Positions 36,307 to 48,670 of a DNA stretch of 64,000 nucleotides are shown piece after piece. The notes below the pieces were generated by a model, which worked only from the letters and a program-made list of their open reading frames with translations, did not search any database and was not told the origin of the DNA. Source of the DNA: Scyliorhinus canicula (lineage: Eukaryota); assembly GCF_902713615.1 (NCBI RefSeq), contig NW_024055479.1:248001-312000 (forward strand), in the 5' to 3' direction. Within the stretch, counting starts at the first letter, position 1; every line of letters starts with the position of its first letter. The position numbers and the translations under genes are program-made.

Positions 36307-36679
36307 AATGGAAAGGCTTGTTCCCAATTCATCAGGACCTGGATATTATTGCACTTTCAGTGTAAGCATTGAGTTCCAAGTCATTACCATTCACTGTAAA
36401 ATTTCTGCCTCATATCACCCTGTAGATCTTGCTCCAAATCTTAAATCTGTGTCCTGAAATCCTTTTGCAATCAGCTGGAAAGAGCAACGTTTCTTTAACT
36501 ACTTTACCGAGATCAATCAGAAACTTGTACCTAAATCAATCTCCTTTCTTCCAAGGAGAACAACCGCAGTTTCTCCAACCTAACATTGCAACTAAAATCC
36601 CTCATTCCTGGAACTATTCTGGTAAGTCTCCCCTGCACTCTTTCAAGGACCGTCACATCCTCCATAATATGTGGTTTGA

Positions 36680-36913
36680 GGGCAGCACGGTGGCCTAGTG
36701 GTTAGCACAACCGCCTCACGGCGCTGAGGTCCCAGGTTCGATCCCGGCTCTGGGTCACTGTCCGTGTGGAGTTTGCACATTCTCCCCGTGTTTGCGTGGG
36801 TTTCGCCCCCACAACCCAAAAATGTGCAGAGTAGGTGGATTGGCCACGCAAAATTGCCCCTTAATTGGAAAAAATAATTGGCTAATCTAAATTTATAAAA
36901 AAAAAAAAAAAAA
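36680..36913 (+). mobile_element. Young A-tailed V-SINE with a 13-bp TSD
   Basis: AATATGTGGTTTG at 36666-36678 and 36914-36926; long poly(A). Confidence 0.92.
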
Positions 36914-37469
36914 AATATGTGGTTTGCACAGATCCAGATGTTCTGTCTTCCTGTCTGTGATGTCATCACGCACCGACACTTGCACGGTGACATCACCCCC
37001 CGTTCCCCGATATTTCCTCAACTAGGAAACTTTTCCTCCGACTCCAGAGTTGCTGATATCTATCCAGCTGCAGGCTACAGTGGGACATTTTAATATTGAA
37101 AACAATGAAACTGCTTCACAGCTCAGTATTTCTGAGCATTTATCAACAATTTTGAGCTTTTAGTGCTCTGCTCTGTTACCTGTGAGGGGTTCCATGTCTC
37201 TGGAGCTGGTGTGACTCTCAAAAAACAATGCAAAACGCCCATGGAGGGTGCGGGCTACCAGCTATTGACATATAAAATCCCTTCTTTTTCTCTCTCGCTC
37301 GCTCCCTCCCTCAGAAAACTCAACCAAAATTCACTTCAAAATCTGACAGTCACTCAGTTCATGAGGACCTAAATGTAAGTGTTTCTGTTTGATCTGTGGT
37401 TAAAGATTTAAACATCTGTGCAGCTGAAAATAGGATAGAGCAAGATTTGCAAACAAGGATGTGAATGTT

Positions 37470-37690
37470 CCATTGAGATACTGCTTAACCAGGGCCCAAT
37501 GTAGGTCAATGAGCACAGGGGTGATGGGTAAGTGAGTGGGACTCAAATTTGGCAGATTCCCTTCCCTGAAGGACATTCGTGAACCAGTTGGGTTTTTACA
37601 ACAATCCAGCAGCTTTCATGGTCACTTTTTCCCAGTGCCGGCCCCACAAATGACCAGATTCATTCAGCTCAATTTCACAACCTGCCTTTG
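37470..37690 (-). mobile_element. SacSINE1/DeuSINE-like fragment
   Basis: GGACATTCGTGAACCAGTTGGGTTTTTACAAC is the reverse complement of the central domain at 56580-56610. Confidence 0.6.
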
Positions 37691-37745
37691 TGTTTTTGTG
37701 GTTTCTCTCTCACTCCCTTTATTCTGTTTCAAATCAGTTTCACAG

Positions 37746-38558
<813 letters not shown>

Positions 38559-38699
38559 CTGTTGTGATTGGAATTTGCTGGTGATCATATTCAGGACTGA
38601 ACCATGTCCATCTGAGTCTGTTTCTGCTTAATTAAAAAATAACTCCAGCTCAGTTATAGGTGTTAATATAGTTGGTCTTTGAAAGAGAGGATTTGCAGT

Positions 38700-39360
38700 T
38701 AGGAAACACAAACCAAACATCATATCAGCATCTAACACTTACCGAATTTATCGGAAACTGAATCAGATTTTGAACATAGCAGGAAAAAGCACCGTTCACA
38801 GTGGAGAGGAACCGCACGTGTCCTGTGTGTGGACAAGGCTTCAGCCAATCATCTGGCCTGCCAGTATATAAATGCAGTCACACTGGGAGAAACCATGGAA
38901 ATGTCGAGACTGTGGGAAGGGATTTGATTACCCATCCAAGTTGAAAATCCATCAGTGCACTCACACTGGGAGAGACCGTTCATCTGCTCCCAGTGTGGGA
39001 AAGGGCTGACACACTCACACCACTTGCAGCCACACCAACATTTCCCGCTGGAGAGAGGCTGTTCACCTGCTTCCACTGTGAGAAGGGATTTGCACATTCC
39101 TCCAATCTGCTGAGACATCAGTGAGTTCACACTGGGGAGAGACCATTTAAACATCCACACTGTGAGGAGTTTTAAAACAATTCTGGGGAACTGATGTCCT
39201 ATCAACATGTACACGCTGTAGAACGGGTTCAGACTATCTTCTCGCCTCACTAGAGCTGCGAGTTCACACAGGGGAGAAGCCGTTCACCTGCTCCGAGTGT
39301 AGGAGTGGATTCACTCAGTTATCCAAACTGCTGATGCACCAACAAGTTCAGGGATTGGAT
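38700..39360 (+). pseudogene. Decayed C2H2 zinc-finger exon with multiple frameshifts
   Basis: EKPWKC.DCGKGF and TGERPF remnants with no long ORF. Confidence 0.8.
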
Positions 39361-39559
39361 TTTTATGGTAATCACATCCTGGACTGAAACATGTTAATTG
39401 GGGTCAATTGCTGCTGATGTTCATGAACTCCAACCCAGTTAGAAGCAATTAAATTCTGAATAAAAATCAAGTCAAACTAGTTTGTGTGAATTATAGTGCA
39501 TTGAGTCTTTTTAATATCGCTGAAACAAGTTAGTTCCTTTTGAAGGGCTCTCCTCTCCG

Positions 39560-39700
39560 TCTCCTCCATCCTCACTTCCAACAACAAGCGTGAGGAGCTC
39601 GTGGAGTTTGTCACTAAGATTGAGACAATCTGATCATCTGTCGCTGCTATTCCCTCCTTCCACTCGTCCACCGGGCCAAACTGCTCGGAAGTCCATTTTT
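39560..39700 (+). mobile_element. Probable L2 LINE fragment
   Basis: CAACAACAAGCGTGAGGAGCTC...GTCACTAAGATTGAGAC resembles a shark L2 ORF2 segment (recognition from memory only). Confidence 0.4.
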
Positions 39701-40177
39701 ATCCAAGGTCTTTGACTCCATCATCTTTGCAAGTGGACTTGTAATAGTTTTGATAAAGAAAGAAATTACAGGAAGTTTTAATGTCAGAATAAAGGACAAA
39801 AAAGTGTCCAGTTCAGGTTCAAAGATGGGTAATATTAGCATTGAAACATTAACTCTGTTTCTCTCACCACAGATGCTGCCTGACCTGCTGAGATTTTCCA
39901 GAACTTTCTGTTTTGATTTCAGTAAGCTTTTAAAATAGCTTAATACTCAGGTCAATCATTTTATCCACGAGGGTTCGAGAGCCTCAGAAGCATCCAACTG
40001 CACCATTAAACTCTCAGATTACTACAGCAGATATTCATTGTTCTGGCTCAGCCAGCCTGACTGTGGAATTAATTGGATGGATGTTTCAAAGAGCCACCTC
40101 TGGTATATTAGACCGAATGGTTTCAATCTGTGCTGTATCATTCTATAAAACAATGAATATTCCACAGGAATAGGCTC

Positions 40178-40400
40178 GGGCAGCACGGTGGCGCAATGGT
40201 TAGCACTGCTGCCTCATGGCACCGAGGTCCCAGGTTTGATCCCGGCTCTGGGTCACTGTCCATGTGGAGTTTGAACATTCTCCCCATGTTTGCATGGATC
40301 TTACCCCCACAACCTAAAGATGTGCCAGGTAGGTGGATTGACCATGGTAAATTGCCCCTTAATTGGAAAAATGAATTGGGTACTCTAAATTCATAAAAAA
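40178..40400 (+). mobile_element. V-SINE (A-tailed)
   Basis: Head, core and A tail; AGGAATAG repeated on both flanks. Confidence 0.88.
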
Positions 40401-40688
40401 GGAATAGAAGTCGGCCATTCATTTGATTTATTGTCACATGCACTGAAGTACAGTGACAAGTATTTTTCTGCGGCCAATTATTTGTGTTAAATACTGTGTG
40501 TTAAGTCTTTTTAATATCTCTAACCTAAGTTCCCCCTCTGCCCTGTTCCTCCACCTTCACCCCTGTGGCTTCTCCTGTGGCTTCTTTGTCATTCAGATTG
40601 GGCAGGGTTTTCCGGTTCTCCTGTGGCTTCTTTCTCATTCAGATTGAGCAGGGTTTTTTGGTTCTCCTGTGGCTTCCCATTGGCCACA

Positions 40689-40822
40689 GGTGGGATCTTC
40701 CAGTCCTGTCAAAGTCTACGGCCTTTTGCATGGTTCATCCGTCCTGCCGCATGGGAGGCTGCCGCAAGGCGGTTGGTGAGTCTGGAAGATCCAACCAGCG
40801 GTAAGGGCTGGAAAATTCCACC
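40689..40822. mobile_element. Small hairpin element (MITE-like)
   Basis: Terminal inverted repeats GGTGGGATCTTCCAG and CTGGAAAATTCCACC (13/15 match). Confidence 0.55.
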
Positions 40823-41094
40823 CACTGAAACAATCGGATTCTGTTGATTCTAATAATCTTTATGACTGTCACAAGCAAGCTTACATTAACACTGCAATGA
40901 AGTTACTGTGAAAATCCCTGTAAAAATCCTTCACTAAACCACTCAGTAAAATTGCCTATGAAGTCCTTTCTTGCCCAAGTTCTGAACTCACATCTTTCTC
41001 CTCTTTTCCTGCTGTCTCCCATCATGCTCTCTCAGAGCTCATCTTGTTTGTGAAACTCACCCATTGCTCCTTTGACCTGATTCTCACTAACCTG

Positions 41095-41550
41095 CCGAAC
41101 AGCCACTTCCACAATCTCCATGTTTCCATGATATCTCCATGGAGTCAGTGTCTTCGTGCCTCTCCTCTTTAGACAATCAGTTGAAGCTCGGCCACACACA
41201 CAACACATGGATGGTTTCTCCTGGCAGTGAATGGTGTGATCTTTCCTTCAGGCTGTGTAACAGGTTAAAGCTCTTTCCACAGTCAGTTCACTGGAACACT
41301 CTCTCTCGGGTGTGTGTCTGTCTCAGTGATTTTCCAGTCACACTGATGTTTGAATATTTTCCCACAAAGGAAACTTTTTCATTCCACATTCATAGTCTGA
41401 GGATATTCAGATCCTGATTAACCGAATGACACTGTTGGAGCTTGATGTGATATTTGATTTGTGTTTCCAGTCTGAAAGTCCTCTCCTAATGCCCTGTAAC
41501 TGAAATTCAGAACAGACAATTCCAGTTTCTGGGCAACATTTTTCCTCCAT
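41095..41550 (-). pseudogene. 5' remnant of a ZNF-family exon
   Basis: Family acceptor and leader sequence with a degenerate MEISW-K-GDCG start; homologous to 29790-30240. Confidence 0.65.
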
Positions 41551-41566
41551 ACGGACAGTGACCCAG

Positions 41567-42250
41567 TCGAAGTAAACGATGAATTCAGCAGGTATTTCTT
41601 CATCGTCTATCAAATCTTCATAAGCCTCTTCGACATCTTCAACGGGGAGGAAAGCTAACGCTGAAAAACATCGAATTTTAAGACAGAATTCAGAGTCTGT
41701 GTTGTATTTTTCTTTGAGGCCTAAATCGGTAATTTTTCGAAACACAGATTGGCTCAAATGAAACAAACATGCCACGACAGATGCATTAAGGAATGATGAA
41801 TTAATTGCCTTGTGAACTGCAGCTTCGAAATCTGCCATGATATCAATCGGATCTGCATCAGGTTGCATAATTTTCAATTGGTCAAAGAATAATTCGTATG
41901 TCTGCTTCCTTTTATTCGGCAGTAATGCAAAGACCCGTGGTAGACTGCTACCTTTAACTTGTACATGAATGCAGAACAGTTGAAACCACTGTTGTGGCAC
42001 AATCTTGAATGTTCCATCACATGCCCAATGACGATATGATGCAAAATCCTGAAGAGCACTTTCTGATGCGAATACTAGTAAGCGCTGTTGATCCTCGACG
42101 CCCGAATCGAACCTCAGAAACTGCTCGTCATTGTCAAGCTTGCAATATTTGTCAGGTATTTCAAAACCGTGTCTAGCCGCTGGATTAGCGGGAAATCCAG
42201 AATTTTTTTGTCGGCACCTTTGAATAGTCCTTGAGACGACGGGCAACCTT
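41567..42250 (-). mobile_element. MULE transposase catalytic region (3'-truncated) of a Phantom-like Mutator element
   Basis: WACDGTFKIVPQQWFQLFCIH...FALLPNKRKQTY...ADFEAAV...CLFHLSQ. Confidence 0.9.
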
Positions 42251-42520
42251 GGGAGCAGGTATTTTCTCTTTTTTTTAAAATAATTTTTATTGAGAAATCT
42301 TGATTTTATACAACATTGACGCACCTTAGTAAAATACCGAAAATAACAATAATATTAACAATCATATACATTCGCCCCATCCCCATGAACAACCCAGCAT
42401 TTTAACAACAACGCAAATTAACACACTATAAAGTTACAGAATAAACACTACAATAATGCACCCCCACCCCCACCCCCCCCCCCCCCCCCCCCGGGTTGCT
42501 GCTGCTATTGACCCAGTTAC

Positions 42521-45500
42521 CTATCTCTGAGCCAGGAAGTCCAGAAAAGGCTGCCATCGTTTATAGAACCCTTGTATTGATCCTCTCAGGGCAAATTTGA
42601 CCTTTTCCAATTTTATAAATCCCGCCATGTCACTGATCCAGGTCTCCACACTTGGGGGCCTTGCATCCTTCCATTGTAACAGAATCCTTCGACGGGCTAC
42701 TAGGGACGCAAAGGCCAGGACACCGGCCTCTTTCGCCTCCTGCACTCCCGGCTCTACCGCAACTCCAAAAATCGCGAGTCCCCACCCTGGTTTGACCCTG
42801 GATCCAACCACCCTCGACACCGTCCCCGCCACCCCCTTCCAGAATTCTTCCAGTGCTGGGCATGCCCAGAACATTTGGGCATGGTTCGCAGGACTCCCCG
42901 AACATCTGGTGCACCTGTCCTCACCCCCGAAGAACCTACTCATCCTAGTCCCGGACATGTGGGCCCGGTGCAGCACCTTAAATTGGATGAGACTAAGCCT
43001 CGCACATGAGGAGGAAGAGTTGACTCTCTCCAAGGCCTCCGCCCAAGTCCCGTCCTCCATCTGCTCCCCGAGTTCCTCCTCCCATTTAGCCTTCAGCTCC
43101 TCCATTGACGACTCCTCCACCTCCTGCATTACCTTATAGATGACCGACACCTTCCCCTCTCCTACCCACACCCCCGAAAGCATTCTGTCCATCGTCCCCT
43201 GCGAGGGCAGCAAAGGGAATCCCTCTACCTGTCGCCTAGCAAACGCCTTTACCTGCAGGTATCTGAACATGTTCCCCTGGGGGAGGCCAAATTTATCTTC
43301 CAGTTCCCCCAGGCCCTCAAACCACCCGCCAATAAATAGGTCCCTCAATTTGCTGATGCCCGCCCTTTGCCACCCCCTAAATCCCCCATCCGTGTTCCCC
43401 GGGATGAACCGATGGTTACAACCCAGTGGAGCCTCCATCGAGCCCCCTGTTTCCCCCCAAAGCCGTCTCCACTGTCCCCAGATTCTTAGGGTCGCCGCCA
43501 CCACCTGGCTCGTGGTAAACCTCTTAGGGGAGAGCGGCAACGGTGCCGTTACCATGGCACCCAGGCTCGTACCTCTACATGACGCCATCTCCATTCTTTT
43601 CCACGCCGCCCCTCCCCCCTCCATCACCCATTTACGCACCATTGACACATTGGCTGCCCAATAGTACCCCAGAAGGTTGGGCAGCGCCAGCCCACCTCTA
43701 TCCCTTCCTCGCTCCAGGAACACCATCCTCACTCTCGGAGTCCCATGTGCCCACACAAAGCTCAGAATACTGCTAGTCACTCTCCTAAAGAAGGCCCTGG
43801 GGATAAATATGGGCAGGCACTGAAAAAGGAACAAGAACCTCGGAATTTTGACGGACTGCACCCTCCCCGCCAACGACAATGGCAGCATGTCCCACCTCCT
43901 GAACTCCTCCTCCATCTGATCTACCAGTCTGGTAAAGTTATGCTTGTGGAGAGTCCCCCAGTCCCTGGCAACTTGCACCCCCAGGTACCTAAAGCTCTCC
44001 CCTGCCCGCCTAAGCGGGAGCCTACCAATTCCTTCCTCCTGGTCTCCAGGGTGCACCACAAACACCTCGCTCTTGCCTAAGTTTAATTTATACCCTGAGA
44101 AGGTCCCAAACTCGGCTAGTAACTCCATCACTCCAGGCATCCCTCCCACCGGGTCCGCCACATACAGTAACAGGTCGTCGGCAGACAACGACACCCTATG
44201 TTCCTCTCCACCTCGCACCAAGCCTCTCCACCTCTCTGAATCTCTCAATGTCATCGCCAGCGGCTCGATTGCCAGTGCAAACAACAAGGGGGACAGGGGG
44301 CAACCCTGCCTGGTCCCTCGGTAAAGCCGGAAGTACTCCGACCTCCTCCTATTCGTGGCCACGCACGCCATCGGGGCCTCATATAGCAGCCTTACCCATC
44401 TAATGAACCCTTCACCAAATCCAAACCTCCCCAACACCTCCCATAGGTACCCCCACTCCATTCTATCGAAGGCCTTCTCCGCATCCAGCGCCACCACTAT
44501 CTCTGCCTCCCCCTCAATCGCCGGCATCATAATGACATTCAGCAATCTCCGCACATTCGTGTTCAGCTGCCTTCCCTTCACAAAACCTATCTGGTCCTCG
44601 TGCACAACCCCTGGCACACAGTCCTCTATCCTGGTGGCCAGGATTTTTGCCAGCACCTTAGCATCCACGTTGAGGAGAGATATGGGCCTGTATGAACCAC
44701 ACTGCTGGGGGTCCTTGTCCTTCTTTAAAATTAACGAGATCAGCGCCCGTGACATCGTCGGGGGCAAAGTCCCCCCTCCCACGCTTCATTGAGTGTTCGC
44801 ACCAGCAAGGGGCCCACTAGATCCACAAACTTTTTATAAAATTCCACCGGGAACCCATCCGGCCCCGGTGTCTTCCCTGACTGCATCTGCCCGATCCCCT
44901 TAACTAGCTCCTCCAGCTCAATCGGCGCACCCAACCCCTCCACCTTCTCCTCCTGCACCTTCGGGAAAGAAAGCCCGTCAAGGAACCTCTCCATTCCCCT
45001 CCTCTCCCCCGTTGGCTCCGACCGGTACAGTTCCCCGTAAAAGTCCTTGAAGACCTCATTCACCTCTACCCCCTTCCGCACCACATTCCCACTCTTACCT
45101 CTCACTCCAGCAATCTCCTTAGCCGCATCCCGCTTACGCAGCTGATGAGCCAGCATCCTACTCGCTTTTTCACCATGTTCGTACACTGCCCCTTGTGCCT
45201 TCCTCCACTGTGCCTCCGCCTTTCTAGTGGTCAGCAAATCAAATTTAGCCTGCAGGCTGCGCCTCTCCCCCAACAGTCCCTCCTCTGGTGCCTCTGCATA
45301 CCTCCTGTCCACCTCCAGCATCTTTCCCACCAGTCTATCCCTCTCACTCCTCTCGCTCCTCTCCCTGTGTGCCCGGATGGATATCAGCTCCCCACGAATT
45401 ACTGCCTTCAGGGCTTCCCAGACCATCCCCACCTGAACCTCCCCCGTATCATTCACCTCGAGGTACCCCTCAATACTTGCCCGGACCCTCCTACACACCT

Positions 45501-46359
45501 CCTCCTCCGCCAACAACCCCACATCCAACCGCCACAACGGACGTTGGTCTCGCACCTCCCCCATCTCCAACTCTATCCAATGCGGAGCGTGGTCGGAGAT
45601 TGCAATGGCCGAATACTCTGCCTCCTCCACTCTCGGAATCAGTCCCCTACTCACCACGAAGAAATCTATCCGAGAGTAGACCCTATGTACGTGGGAGAAG
45701 AAAGAGTACTCGCGTGCCCTCGGCCTCACAAATCTCCATGGATCCACTCCACCCATCTGATCCACAAACCCTCTCAGTACCTTGGCCGCCGCCGGCCTCC
45801 TACCCGCCCTAGAGCTGGACCGATCCAGTGAAGGATCCAACACCGTATTAAAGTCCCCCCCTATGATCAGACCTCCCGCCTCCAGATCCGGGATCCGTCC
45901 CAACATACGCCTCATAAAGCCCGCATCGTCCCAATTTGGGGCATACACACTAGCCAGTACCACCTTCTCTCCTTGTAGCCTGCCCCGAACCATCACATAC
46001 CTACCCCCCTTATCCGCCACCACCTCCGATGCCTCAAACAACACATTTTTCCCCACCAGAATCGCCACTCCCCGGTTCCTCACATCCAACCCCGAGTGGA
46101 AAACCTGCCCCACCCATCCCTTCCTCAGGCGGACCTGGTCCGCCACCCTCAGGTGGGTCTCCTGAAGCATTGCCACATCTGCCTTTAGCCCCTTCAGATG
46201 AGCCAGTACCCTCGACCGCTTCACCGGCCCATTCAACCCTTTCACATTCCAGGTGACCAACCGGATCAGAGGGCGTCCCGCCCCCCTCCCCCGTCGGCTA
46301 GCCATAGCCCGTCGACTGCCCGCCCCAGGCCAGCACCCCCTGCTCGACCCCGTCCCCAT
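42521..46359 (-). CDS. L1-type ORF2 (APE endonuclease + RT), split by one frameshift near 44775; catalytic YADD reads SADD
   Basis: TWNVKGLN, QETH, YAPN, GGDFN, SRID and SDHAP (APE); YRPISLLN, LDAEKAFD and QGCPLSP (RT). Confidence 0.9.
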
Positions 46360-47000
46360 AGCGACAACCCCTCACCTCTGTCCCCCCAGCCCCCACCAGC
46401 TCCTTCTTGACCCTACCAGCAGCAACCCGGTATTCCCCTTTCCCCCCCTCCCTTCCCCCCCAGGCTAGGAACCCTCCCAGCCGCGAACCGTCCTCCATTG
46501 TACTTCCGTGGGTCAGCTAACTTCTGCTGACCCCGGAAACTCCCGCCAATAGCCCGACCCTTCCCGAAGTGGGATCATCCCCCAATCTATCCCTCCTCCA
46601 GGCACCGCTCCAGCGCGGAGAAGAACCAGTTAAGGCCCCGCCTCCCCCGTCACCGTCTCCACCCCCCAGCCCCGCAGCACGGGAAACCAGAGGAAAGCCT
46701 GCGCTTTCGCACTGCCCCACCACACCCTTCTGACGCAGCTCCCAAATATCAGCCCCACTCCATACCCCCACTCCGACATAGAATACAACATACCCCCCCG
46801 ACCCTCCCCTCAAGATACACAGCCCAAACAATGCCCCACAGCACAAAAACAAAAACATAGCAGAACAACCCCTCCGTAAATAACCATATCAAAATTGCAA
46901 AAGTACTAAAACAAGAAGAAAACAACAGAAGAAAAAGAGAACACAGCAACAGCAGTATCCAGCACTAATATATTACAGCCGACCTTGCAACCCCCAACCC

Positions 47001-47846
47001 CTAGTTCAAATCCAGTTTCTCCGTCCGCACGAAGGCCCACGCCTCCTCCGGGGAAACTAAATAATGGTGCCGGTCCAAATAAGTTACCCACAGGCGCGCG
47101 GGCTGCAATATTCCGAACTTTATCTTTTTTCTATAAAGCACCTCTTTCGTCCGATTAAATCCGGACCGTCGCTTAGCCACCTCCGCACTCCAATCCTGGT
47201 AGATCCGTACTACCCCATTCTCCCACTTGCTGCTCTTCACCTTCTTGGCCCAGCGCAGCACGCACTCCCGATCACTGAACCGGTGGAACCTCACCAGCAC
47301 CGCACGCGGGGGTTCATCTTCCTTGGGCCTCCTGGCCAGCACCCTGTGCGCTCCCTCCAGCTCCAAGGGCAGATGGAGAGACCCGGCCCCCACTAGCGAA
47401 TTCAGCATTACAGCCACATAGGCTGTCAGGTCTGATCCCTCTAGCCCCTCTGCAAGGCCCAAGATCCGCAGGTTTTTCCGCCTCATGCAATGATCCAGCT
47501 CCTCGAAGCGTTCCTGCCACTTCTTGTGGAGTGCTTCGTGCCCCTCCACCTTACTCACGAGGACCACGGCCTCCTCCTCTCGTTCAATGGCCTGCGTCTG
47601 CAACTTCTTGATGGCAGCACCCTGGGTGGACTGAATCTCTGACAGCCTTCTGTTCGTTTCCTGCAGAGAGCTCAGTACTTCATCCTTGAATTCTTTAAAG
47701 CAGCGCAGGAGATCAGTTTGTTGCTCCTGGGCCCAGAGCCTCCACTCCTCTGGAGCTCTGTCGGCGGCTATCTTGGATCCCTTCCCCCGTTTTTTCTGAG
47801 GAGCTGCTGCTGTTTTTTCCCCCTTTCCACTCCGAGTTCGAGTCAT
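47001..47846 (-). CDS. L1-type ORF1p (281 aa, coiled coil + RRM/CTD)
   Basis: RRKNLRILGLAEG, AHR, PRAVLVRF, IYQD.S and F.ILQPARL motifs. Confidence 0.9.
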   Translation of the reverse strand: MTRTRSGKGEKTAAAPQKKRGKGSKIAADRAPEEWRLWAQEQQTDLLRCFKEFKDEVLSSLQETNRRLSEIQSTQGAAIKKLQTQAIEREEEAVVLVSKVEGHEALHKKWQERFEELDHCMRRKNLRILGLAEGLEGSDLTAYVAVMLNSLVGAGSLHLPLELEGAHRVLARRPKEDEPPRAVLVRFHRFSDRECVLRWAKKVKSSKWENGVVRIYQDWSAEVAKRRSGFNRTKEVLYRKKIKFGILQPARLWVTYLDRHHYLVSPEEAWAFVRTEKLDLN

Positions 47847-47929
47847 GGACTGCAGGGAAAGTCGTTCAGCACACCTTCCCCCACCGGGAGACGTCGAAAA
47901 ATTTCCGTTTTGGGGAGCAGGTATTTTCT

Positions 47930-48670
47930 GATAGCTGCGTAAACTTGGCCACTAGTATGCTACGCGAACTTGCTGCTATGTTTTCCACTGCTTCATGTTT
48001 TATTTCTGCAACTGCTTTTCTAGCATTTAACGAATTGACATCAGCTGGATGAAGGTGCTCATTAGAGAAATAAATAATTTTAGGCTCATTGTTTTCCGTG
48101 ACCGTGTGAATCCGCACTGAACATAGCCTTCTTTTCTCACATCTCCAGTATTCTTTTCCTAGGTTTGCACTGCTCGAATGAAAATCGTAGATATAGTTAT
48201 TTCCATCAGCCACCTTCCGTTTACTCTTCGTTGACACAATGAACTTTGCCATTTCGGGATGGGCGAATTCGGGATTAGGAAAGAGACAGATAATATCTAT
48301 CCTTTAACGAGGCTCGTTAAAGGGGCGAGAACGATAATAACTATCCTTTAACGAGGCTCGTTAAAGGAAAGAGGCCGGTAATAAAGATCCTTTATTGTAT
48401 ATTATGTGCATTAGAGAAGATTTCCATGTACAAAAGTTAAAGTGGAGTGGAGTGCTACGAAGCAAGTTACTAAAAGTCAAGTTCCAAAAAGTCTTTGACA
48501 AAAAAAATCGTCCAGCAAAAACACGTAAAAAGTCACAAAAAATCTTTGACGAAAAAAATCACCGGACAAAATGACGTTGGACCAAAAGACGGACGGACAA
48601 AAAGACGTTGGAAGAAAAGACGTGGACGAAGTGTCGGACGAAATGACGTCGGACGAAAAGACATAGCACC
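47930..48670 (-). mobile_element. 5' part of the Phantom-like MULE: FLYWCH-type N-terminus (ATG 48252) and a repeat-built terminus
   Basis: YIYDF...EYWRCEKRRLCSVRIHT...NEHLH; arrays of GACGAAA/GACGTTGG-type repeats at 48476-48668 ending at ...CATAGCACC. Confidence 0.85.

Larger units (their letters stand above)
35914..36324 (-). mobile_element. Miniature non-autonomous Penelope (411 bp) with identical 104-bp terminal direct repeats and an 11-bp TSD
   Basis: 35911-36014 is identical to 36221-36324; flanking CAATTCATCAG at 35903-35913 and 36325-36335; internal ORF start MATIDTANCRLKVERISRKIAHIDTDIQFL, homologous to ~18155-18190, fused to the 3' UTR. Confidence 0.88.
42268..47912 (-). mobile_element. 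Full-length L1/Tx1-like LINE (5.6 kb) with a 17-bp TSD
   Basis: TSD GGGAGCAGGTATTTTCT at 42251-42267 and 47913-47929; A-rich tail with AATAAA; ORF1 and ORF2 present. Confidence 0.95.

Noticed and set aside
39835-39920. Repeat tail of a type often preceded by a hammerhead-like motif
   Set aside because: Only GAAACATT remains; the CTGANGA half and stem II are missing.
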